Source: an uncultured Verrucomicrobiae bacterium (GTDB taxonomy: Bacteria; Chlamydiota; Chlamydiia; Chlamydiales; Rhabdochlamydiaceae). From it: DNA of 64,000 bases. Location of the stretch: assembly GCA_963806855.1 (NCBI GenBank), contig CAWDYW010000001.1, positions 480,001 to 544,000 on the forward strand. The letters are read 5' to 3'. Shown here in pieces: positions 1 through 9,301 of the stretch; position 1 is the first letter of the stretch, and each line of letters begins with the position of its first letter. Both the position numbers and the translations under genes were made by a program. Below the pieces are notes generated by a model. The model did no database searches and had not been told where the DNA came from. It was given only the letters and a program-made list of their open reading frames with translations.

Positions 1-1241
1 GCGGACCAATTTGGAAAAGCAATTTGAAGGGATCGGAGTTGTCCTTCGCGAAGGGATCAATGGGGTGATCATCGAAAATCTGGTCAAAGGTGGCCCGGCG
101 GAAAAGAGCCAAAAAATTCACGAGGGCGACCAGATCGTGCAAATCGATAAGAAAAAGGTCGCCGACTTGTCTTACAGCCAGGTTTTAAATGCTTTGAAAG
201 GGGATGGGAGCAAAGATATCGAGCTTGGTCTAAAACGGAAAGGGGATACGCGGATCCACTACGTCACCCTGCAGCGAGAAAAGATTTCGATGGATGACGA
301 TAAACTCCAGTGTCATTCTACCCCCTGTGGCAACGGGCACATCGGCATTCTCACCCTTCCTTCCTTCTATGAAGGAGGGCATGCTCACCTCAGCCGATAG
401 GGATATGCGCGAGGCGATCAAGAAGCTCAAAAGGCAGGCTCCTCTCAATGGACTCATCCTCGATTTACGTGAGAATTCCGGCGGATTTTTAACCCAAGCG
501 GTCAAAATCGCCAGCCTCTTTGTCTCACGAGGAGTGATCGTCATTTCCAAATATTCGCGTGGCGAGGTCAAGTATTACCGCAACCTCGATGGCCAGCTCC
601 TGTTTGATGGCCCCCTCATTGTCCTCACCTCCCGCGCCTCCGCCTCTGCGGCCGAGATCGTCGCCCAGGCTCTCCAAGATTACGGCGTGGCCCTAATCGT
701 CGGCGACCAAGAGACCTTCGGCAAGGGGACGATTCAATACCAAACAGTGACCGATTCCAGTGCCAAATCGTACTATAAAGTGACAGTCGGCCGTTACTAC
801 ACCGTTTCCGGGCGTTCCGCTCAAATCGAAGGGGTCAAAGCCGACATCGTCGTCCCCACCATTTTCTCTCCCTACAAAATTGGCGAGCGGTTCCTCGAGT
901 ACCCCCTCCCTTCCGACCAGATCGCAGCCGTCTACCTCGATCCGCTGACCGACGTCGATATGCGCAGCCGCAGCTGGTTTCAAAAGCACTACCTTCCCAA
1001 TCTTCATCAGCCGGAAGACAAATGGAAGAGAATCCTTCCCCTGCTGAGGGAAAACAGCCGCTATCGGCTCGCCAGCGATAAAAATTTTGTTCACTTTCTG
1101 AAAGAGCAAGAAAAGAAGGCGAGTTCCGACTCGGGGCGCTTCAAACGGGGTGAAAAAAGCACTTGGGGCGATGGCGACCTCCAACTCTCCGAGGCGCTCA
1201 ACATCATCCGAGATATGATTGAGTTGCAGAATAATTCTTGA
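1..1241 (+). CDS. tsp: Tail-specific (carboxy-terminal processing) protease, S41A; 5'-truncated by the window, one frameshift near 380
   Basis: PDZ domain (FEGIGVVL, GGPAEK, GDQIVQID) in ORF 11..400 continues as the S41 protease in ORF 294..1241 (LILDLRENSGG, SASAAEIVAQALQDY, TFGKGTIQ). The frames join at ...SFYEGG / MLTSADRD... Confidence 0.9.
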
Positions 1242-1280
1242 AAAAAAACCTCAAATTACCCTAATCTTAGAGCTTCGTTT

Positions 1281-1353
<73 letters not shown>

Positions 1354-1386
1354 TCCTTCTTTTACCTTTCTTCCGCTGAGGTATCA

Positions 1387-1647
1387 ATGAGAAATAGACT
1401 TGAAGATTTAGGGCGCCTTGCAGTGTTGATCGACAACTTGCTTGACCACGATCTATTTAACAAAGAATATCTTCCGTGGCGTCCCAAGGATTACGATGAG
1501 TGGTTTGCGTCGAAGACGGAAGATCAACAGGACGACATTCTTCGCCATTGGGTTTATGGCATAGAGTCTTTTAAGGAAAAGCTGTATGACATGCTTTCGA
1601 TTGCTAATGGTACAGATCCCCTGAACGATTCGATCGATAGAACTTAA
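1387..1647 (+). CDS. Small acidic hypothetical protein (86 aa)
   Basis: ATG at 1387 preceded by GAGG; the listed 1324 start lies inside the tRNA. Confidence 0.65.
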   Translation: MRNRLEDLGRLAVLIDNLLDHDLFNKEYLPWRPKDYDEWFASKTEDQQDDILRHWVYGIESFKEKLYDMLSIANGTDPLNDSIDRT

Positions 1648-1669
1648 GATTCTCAACCCAATGCAACAC

Positions 1670-3523
1670 TTAGTGCATATTCATATTGCTTGTATAGGCC
1701 TGATCTTCATGGGTGGGTTTATCAGGGTAGCGCAAGCTGAGCAAGCCATTTTCTACCATAGGGGTTAGAAAACGATATCGCAAGCCATTTGGATTACGTC
1801 CTATTAGTTCGGCGAGTTGAGTTCTCGTTAACCATTTGTTTTTGCATAAATTTGTAAGCATTGCCTCAATTTCTTTATAAGAGGAGTGTTTGTTCAATCT
1901 TATTTTTTTTGCAATATTTTTTAACGCAAGTAATTCATTAATAGATACTTCTTCCTTGATATGTGCGGAGGTGTGTGCGGAGGTGTGTGCGGAGGTGTGT
2001 GCGGAGGTAGACTCATTTTGTATAAGGCCATTTTCAGGGTTAAGTTGGTAGCGAGCCCATCTTCCTGAACGATCCTGGACTATCACCCCTTTGCTGACCA
2101 TTTTTTGAAGCATTCTAGTCATATCAGCGGAATGTTCTGTGGTAATCTGCCGCATTCTAGCATTATCCACCCAACCTTCTAGATCAGCTGTAACCAAGAC
2201 CTGGACTTCTAATGGGGTAAAAGTTTGAAATTTAGTCCCGAATCGAAGCTTCAATCGAGCGAGCGCTTCTTCTGGAATTAAACTGACCATTGGCAATATC
2301 CACAATACCCTATCGGGTTGAGTAGATTCTCGAACAATAGGAGAGCGCCAATGTTGTGAGCTCCATCCCCGCCGGATTTTATCAATTCCTGAACCTGCTT
2401 TTTCAGCCGCACCCATCATGGTAAACATCACTTGCAGCGATTTGTTGCGGCATTCACTTACATTTTCATTAAATAGTTGATCCATTGAGATGAGAAGAGA
2501 ACCAGGATTGGAGAATTCAAAGCGATCCTTATATTTTTTAATAATGACCCCACCTTGACCGAAATGATCTGCATGAATGAGAGCATTAACGAGTGCTTCT
2601 CGGATTGCTTCATGCACAATTGTTTCCCCCTTGCGGAACATATCTGCATCCAATTGAAAAGGAAGCTTTATATCTGCCGAGACTTTTTGGACAACTCGAT
2701 TATAAAACTGAAATAAATTTCCTTCCCATGTCCCATCGGGTATTAAACGATCAGTCCATCGAACATCGGGATCATCTGAGAGTTTTTCCCTATAATCGAC
2801 CCAATACTGTGGAAGTGCTTTGCGGAGAATGTCATCACGACCAAACATCAACAATCCCGCCACGGTGGGACCTTCTTGTTTAGTCTCTTGACATCTGTCC
2901 CAACCGCCCAGTTTTGTGAGCAGGCCTTTATCATCTTCATTTAACCATGGATGAGTGGGTTTGAAGGATCGGAATCTCTGACGATATTGTTGGAGACTCA
3001 ATGCATCTAAATCTTCGAAATTATAATGCACCATGACTCTGCTATCAGAGGATTTTTCAGATTTGTCAGATAGCATTCGGTAGACTTCCTGTTCTGTACA
3101 ATGGTAGTCTCCTTCATAGTTGCGCTTATATGTTCCTGTCAGAGGATTTTGTCTAATGAATAAAGGGCGTTGATATCGAGATGCACGGGGAATACGGATG
3201 GCGAGTATTGTTCCAGCTGGATGGTTCACTTCTTGAACGTCTCGATTTTCAAGAATATTGGTGCTAATCACAGATCTATTGTTAAGTGTATCCCAAAAGT
3301 TTTTCTTGATCTTATTAATGTCTGTTAATCCAATGACTGTCCCATCATCCTCAACTCCGAGAAAAATCACGCCTCCATTTGTATTCGCCATCGCACTATA
3401 GGTTTCCCAGAGACTTTGAGGCAGGCCTCCTTTTGCAGACTTGAACTCCAAATCTTCACTTTCGTTCCAATCATGCTCATTGAGAATTGTTAAATAATCG
3501 ATCGTACTTTTTTCCTCAGCCAT
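1670..3523 (-). CDS. AlbA_2/Schlafen-like N-domain + HATPase_c_4 + winged-helix protein (family often labelled RecG-like)
   Basis: ESEDLEFKSAKGGLP..LWETYSAMANTNGG.IFLGVEDDG; AIREALVNALIHAD; FSNPG; AEKAGSGIDKI; C-terminal HTH-like ..YPDKPTHEDQAY. Confidence 0.85.
   Translation of the reverse strand: MAEEKSTIDYLTILNEHDWNESEDLEFKSAKGGLPQSLWETYSAMANTNGGVIFLGVEDDGTVIGLTDINKIKKNFWDTLNNRSVISTNILENRDVQEVNHPAGTILAIRIPRASRYQRPLFIRQNPLTGTYKRNYEGDYHCTEQEVYRMLSDKSEKSSDSRVMVHYNFEDLDALSLQQYRQRFRSFKPTHPWLNEDDKGLLTKLGGWDRCQETKQEGPTVAGLLMFGRDDILRKALPQYWVDYREKLSDDPDVRWTDRLIPDGTWEGNLFQFYNRVVQKVSADIKLPFQLDADMFRKGETIVHEAIREALVNALIHADHFGQGGVIIKKYKDRFEFSNPGSLLISMDQLFNENVSECRNKSLQVMFTMMGAAEKAGSGIDKIRRGWSSQHWRSPIVRESTQPDRVLWILPMVSLIPEEALARLKLRFGTKFQTFTPLEVQVLVTADLEGWVDNARMRQITTEHSADMTRMLQKMVSKGVIVQDRSGRWARYQLNPENGLIQNESTSAHTSAHTSAHTSAHIKEEVSINELLALKNIAKKIRLNKHSSYKEIEAMLTNLCKNKWLTRTQLAELIGRNPNGLRYRFLTPMVENGLLSLRYPDKPTHEDQAYTSNMNMH
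1962..2008 (-). repeat. 12-bp tandem repeat x4 encoding (TSAH)4
   Basis: TGTGCGGAGGTG repeated four times on the + strand, last copy one base short. Confidence 0.95.
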
Positions 3524-3620
3524 AGAGTGTACCTAAAAATTTTCATAGCTGCGATTTTACACTTAAAGATTATTTTTTAAAAAGACTTTCCAAGGCAATG
3601 GACGGAAGTGGATTTTCAAA

Positions 3621-3663
3621 ACTGAAAATCCTTGTGTCGCTGGTTCGATTCCAGTTCTGGCCA
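3621..3663 (+). repeat. attR-like copy of the tRNA-Phe 3' half
   Basis: ACTGAAAATCCTTGTGTCGCTGGTTCGATTCCAGTTCTGGCCA, identical to 1311..1353. Confidence 0.95.
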
Positions 3664-3711
3664 ACCTTTTAAAGATGCGTGGATTTTCTCGCTTCACTAT
3701 TGAAAAATTGC

Positions 3712-4989
3712 TTAAAGAGCAAAAATTCTCAAGAAAATGGTGGATACAGCAATAGCTAAAGTACCCCCGCCTGCGAACAGATAGCCAACGCCATTACGTG
3801 TGTTATTGGCTTGCCAGCCCACAATATATTTAACTGGCATATCAGGATCGAGGATATTAGATTCAACAGCCTCGGTCAATTCATTGAGTCTTCGATTGAA
3901 GGACTCAAGTTCTTGGGCATTTGCGGCTAGTTCACTTCTTTTTTGTTCGATACGCTGAGTTCGTAGCTCTGCAAGATCGGCCCATCTTCTATTGAGATTC
4001 GCTTCGTTCCATTCGATGCCAATTAGTGCAGCATAGGCATTTAAATTTTTCTGAACGGAGTTCTTTTTTATAGTTGAAAATATATGAGCTGTAACAAGAG
4101 CTACAATACAAATTCCAGCAATCAGTGCGGCTGCTAGAGAAACTGGGAGAATGGCAGCAGTATAGGGGATTGTTCCTATTGCCGATAGAATGACCCCGGC
4201 TAACTTTGTCACCATGGTTGTTGCATAACATCCAGTGACGATAGGTTTAATTAGCAAGTTGTTGGATTTAATTGCGTGTCCTTTTAAATCGGTTCCGTCA
4301 TAGTAATGGCCCATTGTGTAATATTCCGGGCATTCTCTTACTGTGAATTGGTTATTAAGCGTCCCATAGATAGACCCAAGAATAATGGGGAGGCCTATCA
4401 TTTGAATTGGCGCCAGAGGAATGAATACTGCCCCTGCTGCGAGGAGAGTCAATCCAAGCGAGTGATATACTATATTGCGAATGTGTGGATTATTCGAAAG
4501 AACCGTATAAGAAGAACCTGTAATCAAACTGACTACCTTTTCACCAGCATGCCATGTCAAAAATCCAACACCAATCGATGCAGCAGATGCGATCCTATTC
4601 ATAGCCCTTGCAATGTAAAAAGCTATCATAAAAATTGAGAAGAGGATGCACTTCGGAACTATGCAAATATTTTTCAGACATATTGAAGCATTAATTGATC
4701 CATTGCATAACCTATAAATTTCCCCAAATATGGCAAATGGTGAAGCGACAAGGGTTGTTATCAATTGAGCAAGAGAGGCAAGCTCATACTGAGTTTGGGT
4801 AGATAAGGTGTGGATAAGGCGTTTGAAATCATCACGGAAGATAACATCTTGCCCAACTTCTTCATCCAGCTGAGTTGGTACTTCTGCATCTACTGAGACG
4901 TAGGGGACTAAGAGCTCCTCCCTTTGACTATCCCCCCAGAGAGTTAATTGCTCCAGTAAACTAGTTGAAACGACAACCTGACTCGACAT
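3712..4989 (-). CDS. Hypothetical multi-pass membrane protein with C-terminal coiled coil (Inc/effector-like)
   Basis: 425-aa ORF, several hydrophobic hairpins, coiled-coil-like ELRTQRIEQKRSEL..RRLNEL. Confidence 0.7.
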   Translation of the reverse strand: MSSQVVVSTSLLEQLTLWGDSQREELLVPYVSVDAEVPTQLDEEVGQDVIFRDDFKRLIHTLSTQTQYELASLAQLITTLVASPFAIFGEIYRLCNGSINASICLKNICIVPKCILFSIFMIAFYIARAMNRIASAASIGVGFLTWHAGEKVVSLITGSSYTVLSNNPHIRNIVYHSLGLTLLAAGAVFIPLAPIQMIGLPIILGSIYGTLNNQFTVRECPEYYTMGHYYDGTDLKGHAIKSNNLLIKPIVTGCYATTMVTKLAGVILSAIGTIPYTAAILPVSLAAALIAGICIVALVTAHIFSTIKKNSVQKNLNAYAALIGIEWNEANLNRRWADLAELRTQRIEQKRSELAANAQELESFNRRLNELTEAVESNILDPDMPVKYIVGWQANNTRNGVGYLFAGGGTLAIAVSTIFLRIFAL

Positions 4990-5148
4990 AATTACCTATT
5001 TTTGCTTTACATGACAAATGCTAATTGTATTAAATAGCATTTATAACAGTTGTTCTAAACTGATTTTTTTGTTTAAAAATCAATGGTATTATACTGAGTT
5101 AGCACTTACTAAACAAGCTAAGCGGCAAATCGTAAGCACTTGCGTCTT

Positions 5149-5206
5149 GCTGTTCACTATATGGCGCTGTTCAATATATATTGAACAGCGCCATATAGTG
5201 AACAGC
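5149..5206. repeat. Perfect 58-bp palindrome with no loop
   Basis: GCTGTTCACTATATGGCGCTGTTCAATAT|ATATTGAACAGCGCCATATAGTGAACAGC. Confidence 0.97.
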
Positions 5207-5324
5207 TGGAGGGTTATGAACGAACGATAGTTCATCAGCTTTCATGAGCAACCTGCTGAAGGGGATATTTATGCAGATAAGTCGGCACTTATTCTGGCTT
5301 GGATTTTAAGAGAGGGGATTAAGA

Positions 5325-5530
5325 GAAAGGCCCTCTCACTCCAACCATTCTTGATCACCTCATACGCATACCATTTCCGTGCTTCGGGGTCTTTTAACTT
5401 CTCTAATATGAGTGGGTTATGCCACTAAGGTATTTGTGCAAGCGCTGCTTGCACAATTTGCGGATCGAGGTAACCCTCAGCAAATTTCAGTATATACTTT
5501 AGATTTCGGATGGAGAAGTCACAAGTGCCT
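5325..5530 (-). pseudogene. Remnant of YhcG/DUF1016 family N-terminal domain
   Basis: Manual minus-strand translation FSIRNLKYILKFAEGYLDPQIVQAALAQIP*WHNPLILEKLKDPEARKWYAYEVIKNGWSER fits the DUF1016 N-domain pattern; in-frame TAG at 5425..5427. Confidence 0.8.
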
Positions 5531-5656
5531 GGTAATCAATGCATGATTGTTCATGATGTAAGAAATAATAGCAGGCTTTTCTTACAAGCTGTGTGATTCC
5601 TCAATATATTTGAGGATATATGTTCTATGGAGGCAAGAATTAACATGCAGCACTTT

Positions 5657-7609
5657 TTAATCTCGATAGAAGATAGGTAAACCATGTAGTTCTGCTTTCT
5701 TGATGAGCTGGGTGAGTTTTTCTTTTTCGGTTGGGCTTAAGCGCTTCAGAATCAATTGGCGATCGATCAGAATCCCTTTGACTTTCAGCATGTCGGGTTT
5801 AAAGCCCATCTCGGGTCTCAGATCGAGGCCAACCTCGTTATAGTCAAAATAACCGTTATCCGATGAGCTATGGGTCTGGGCCAGCAGCTCGTCGGGGTCT
5901 AAGAATCGAGAGACATTCCTTCTGGAAAAATCGTCTCCTTGAGCTAAGGTATCTTGAACAAATTGGAAGCATTTTTCTAACTCTGCTAAAACCCCTTCGC
6001 CGGGTCTGCCAAAAATGGTTTGGAACATTTCGGGGGTATCATCAGCTGGATGCAGTTTAAAGTCGTCGATGAGGGTTCTTAATTGGACTGAAGTGACACC
6101 TTCGACTTTCCATTGATTCTTGTTTTGGAAAATGGAGTCATTTTGGTGTCTATCTCTTAAGTCAGCAATTTGAGTTTGGAGTCTTTGTTGGAACTCTCGG
6201 AGTGCTGTTAATTGTTCCTTAACTTTAAGGTGTTCAGGAACTTCGTCACTTAAGTCCGCGCAAGATGCATCACGGTCCTGTATTCTAATGCCCACGATTT
6301 CTTCTTGAGCCAAGAGCCTATGGTAAAGGGTGAAGTCGTCAGGTGCTTCTGAGCCATAGAAGTTTTTGAAAATCAAATCGATGTAAGTTGCTACAACTTG
6401 GAATTTCCTGTGGAAGTTGTAATACTTCTCCGCTGTCTGCTGATGTTCAGAGTCCTTCGCAGGATTCAGTATCGGAGATTGAACGTCTTCTTTCGCTGTT
6501 GTGGCAATACAGGCAGGGTCTACTGCCAGCATGATGGCGATATTGTTCTCAGGATGGAAATAGGAAGTGGTTCCGCTGATAAGGCTTGCGCAGATTGTCC
6601 CGCCTAATTGTTGACCCATCATTCGGTTGAGGATGGCATCTGATGAAGAGGTATGGACGAAAAATCTATCATTGGCGTTGAGTCGTCGGCAAGCAATCAT
6701 GGCTCCATTAAAGGGAACTTCCATCTTATTGCCAGTGACATCAAGCTCTTTGTTTTGCAAACTTTTATATTTTGCTTTTGCTGCTGATAAGTTGGGGAAT
6801 TTTTTTGCAAATTGTTGACAGAACCACGATTCTGCCGGTGTTAGAGGATTGTCATCAATGGCAATCGCTGTTGTAATTAGATCAAAAGAAGGGACGTTCG
6901 GTGCAATAATACGAAGGATACGGTTCTCGAGGTTCTCGAGATCTTTTTTTGCAATTGTATATTCTTTCTTTGCTCTTGCAAATGTTGTACCTGTAAGTTT
7001 TCCGTCTGGTGTGCGATTTCCAAATTTCTCCTCAAACCGCGTAATTTCTGAAATCAACGATGTCACTTTTTCTATATTGGTTGCATTTCCTTCTTCTATG
7101 GTAAAAGCAACAACTTCCGACTGGAGATTATGGAACTCATCATGCGCTTGTTCTTGGACCGAGTTTAGAAGTGAAGATCTTTGGGAATTCAGTACTTTTG
7201 TAATTTGGTAATCTGACCGCTTATTGTATTTTGCTTCAAATAGATCGATTTTGGAGATGATCTGAAGGGCTCCTGTCAATGTAATTGAGTCCTTATTGCT
7301 GATAAATTGATCTACTTCAGAATTCAGCCTGCCCAGTTGAAGATGCTTTGACACCAATTTTACAATGTGGATAAGCGCACATATAAGGCCGATCAAAGCC
7401 CCCACGCCAGCTCCTATGATGGTCCCTTTGATTGGAACGACGCTTCCTATCATTGCTCCAGCTACAGCGCCAACGAAAATCAGGCCAAGAGCTGTAGCGG
7501 CCGCGCTAGCGACCTTAGAGGTGGTTTGATCAAGAGCTGGGTTTGCGGAGGCTATTGGACCCCTTGGGCTTTGTGGAAGTAGCTGGTATAGTGAATTAAT
7601 TCCTAGCAT
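5657..7609 (-). CDS. Inc-like candidate effector: N-terminal bilobed hydrophobic domain, coiled coil, possible enzymatic C-domain
   Basis: 650-aa ORF; hairpin AAATALGLIFVGAVAGAMIG..IIGAGVGALIGLICALIHIV. Confidence 0.7.
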   Translation of the reverse strand: MLGINSLYQLLPQSPRGPIASANPALDQTTSKVASAAATALGLIFVGAVAGAMIGSVVPIKGTIIGAGVGALIGLICALIHIVKLVSKHLQLGRLNSEVDQFISNKDSITLTGALQIISKIDLFEAKYNKRSDYQITKVLNSQRSSLLNSVQEQAHDEFHNLQSEVVAFTIEEGNATNIEKVTSLISEITRFEEKFGNRTPDGKLTGTTFARAKKEYTIAKKDLENLENRILRIIAPNVPSFDLITTAIAIDDNPLTPAESWFCQQFAKKFPNLSAAKAKYKSLQNKELDVTGNKMEVPFNGAMIACRRLNANDRFFVHTSSSDAILNRMMGQQLGGTICASLISGTTSYFHPENNIAIMLAVDPACIATTAKEDVQSPILNPAKDSEHQQTAEKYYNFHRKFQVVATYIDLIFKNFYGSEAPDDFTLYHRLLAQEEIVGIRIQDRDASCADLSDEVPEHLKVKEQLTALREFQQRLQTQIADLRDRHQNDSIFQNKNQWKVEGVTSVQLRTLIDDFKLHPADDTPEMFQTIFGRPGEGVLAELEKCFQFVQDTLAQGDDFSRRNVSRFLDPDELLAQTHSSSDNGYFDYNEVGLDLRPEMGFKPDMLKVKGILIDRQLILKRLSPTEKEKLTQLIKKAELHGLPIFYRD

Positions 7610-7753
7610 AATTAATAATTCCTTTAATTAAACTTAATTATAGCATGTTTATAAAATTAAGTAAATAAATTTTTTATTATTAAATATTGACATAATTAAC
7701 TGATGTTCAGTGAGTTGCGGATAAATCAAAAGATTGTTTGGGGATGCTGATAT

Positions 7754-8968
7754 TTAGGGACTTAGAATAGGTGCTTTAATCGAATTGGTGGGCAGTAAAT
7801 TGTTTAAGGCAGTACATACGGCGCAGGTAAAGTGAAGCTTTAGCGCTGATTTACCTTTTGGCGATTGGATGCTATACGCCTTACCCGCTACTGTTCGAGG
7901 GACAGGAATACCCAATATCCGTTCAGCCCAAACCGATAAAACATTAAATACTCTAGTCCCCCCAAGACATTCTCCTCTGACACTGAAAGCAGTGATATTT
8001 TCTGCATTTTTATGAAACTCCTTATGGCCCACTTTCGATCGAATATAACGCCTTACCCCGGCCCCCATCGGCTCAGAATTAAAAACCGACGCTTTTATGC
8101 CATTAGCAGCTGCTGCACATTGCGCTAACATTCCACCATGAGAATGGCCTGCAATAACCAGGGTTGTGTCAGAACTCTCACAAGCCTGCTTCAAAGCATT
8201 TCCTAGCTCTATAGCTTCTGTGACGTTAGCGTGTATTCCTCCAAAAAAATTATGTAAAATTGCCTTTATATTTCTCTTAAGGAGGGGTTTTGCTAATTTT
8301 TCACCAGCCGCCTGTCCTTCATTCAGTAACCCCATCATTCCGATAACAACTCTTTTTTCATTAGGATTATGACTTAAGCGAAAACAGGAGCCAGTTTTCT
8401 CACTATAAAAACAATTTTCTTTTCCTTTCTTAAAACCCAATGATGTAATTTTACTCTCGAATGAAGCATCGGGAATACGACCGAAAATTTGCAGCCAAGC
8501 CGATAAATATGAAACTTCTGGATTGTCTTCTTTATAAATTTTTTCATAAAATTCAACGTTTTCTGCTATCTCATGTTTTAGGGTGTTATTGGCTTTAACC
8601 TCATGCGGACCTATACGTTTATAGTAATCCGAAATACCACCTTTCCAGTCGGACATTAGATGGTCTTTCAATGTTTTCTTAAATACCTTGCCAAATACCG
8701 CTGTTTTATCCTTTAAGACCTTCGAGCGGGCCTCACTTAAACTTTGAAATAATCGAACAGGCGCCTTGAATACATTGATCAAAACACCTCTTGAAGAAAG
8801 GGGAAGAGGAAATGTAGCAAAAATACCGGCCTTTTTTACCACGTCTAGTACCTTGCTTGATGGTTCTCCTGATGACTTATCTATAATGGGTTGAGTTGTT
8901 GCCTTGTTTTGAGGCGCACTTCTAAAAAAATCATAAATAGCATATAGACTTTCTGTTATAGAAAACAT
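7754..8968 (-). CDS. Alpha/beta-hydrolase (lipase class 3-like) candidate effector
   Basis: IAGHSHGGMLA nucleophile elbow, then A.VFNS..MG; paralog of 14487..15656. Confidence 0.75.
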   Translation of the reverse strand: MFSITESLYAIYDFFRSAPQNKATTQPIIDKSSGEPSSKVLDVVKKAGIFATFPLPLSSRGVLINVFKAPVRLFQSLSEARSKVLKDKTAVFGKVFKKTLKDHLMSDWKGGISDYYKRIGPHEVKANNTLKHEIAENVEFYEKIYKEDNPEVSYLSAWLQIFGRIPDASFESKITSLGFKKGKENCFYSEKTGSCFRLSHNPNEKRVVIGMMGLLNEGQAAGEKLAKPLLKRNIKAILHNFFGGIHANVTEAIELGNALKQACESSDTTLVIAGHSHGGMLAQCAAAANGIKASVFNSEPMGAGVRRYIRSKVGHKEFHKNAENITAFSVRGECLGGTRVFNVLSVWAERILGIPVPRTVAGKAYSIQSPKGKSALKLHFTCAVCTALNNLLPTNSIKAPILSP

Positions 8969-9301
8969 ATTAATATTCCATTATTTAGTAGCTGAATTAT
9001 ATCATAATACTAATTTTATGTAAATAAATATTAATGAGTTATTAGCGAATGGTGGGAATTGGAATCCAATAGCTTAACTGATGGAAGCTGCTGAGGCTCT
9101 GGGCATTACGACTTATAGGTCAAGGGGTTAGATCAGAGATTTGCCTATTGCATTGGGATATCATATGGGCAGTTTATCCTTTGAGCATTTTTTGGTGCAT
9201 ATCATATACCCTAAGGAACCGGGGAGGGCTGAAAATTCTTGTGTCAAATATCTTTCTCCGCAATATACTCTTCCCTCTGAAACTTCATTATAAGGGTAAA
9301 A

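Noticed and set aside
1..1241. tsp as a pseudogene or two genes
   Set aside because: A single frame change in a G-rich stretch with all motifs intact; most likely a sequencing indel
3621..3663. Second tRNA-Phe gene
   Set aside because: Only the 3' half is present, with no D arm or 5' acceptor strand; treated as an att-like repeat
5018..5230. 70-aa ORF
   Set aside because: Runs through the palindrome in AT-rich intergenic DNA; no recognisable protein features
9150..9215. Possible inverted repeat upstream of ank1
   Set aside because: Arms too imperfect to distinguish from chance
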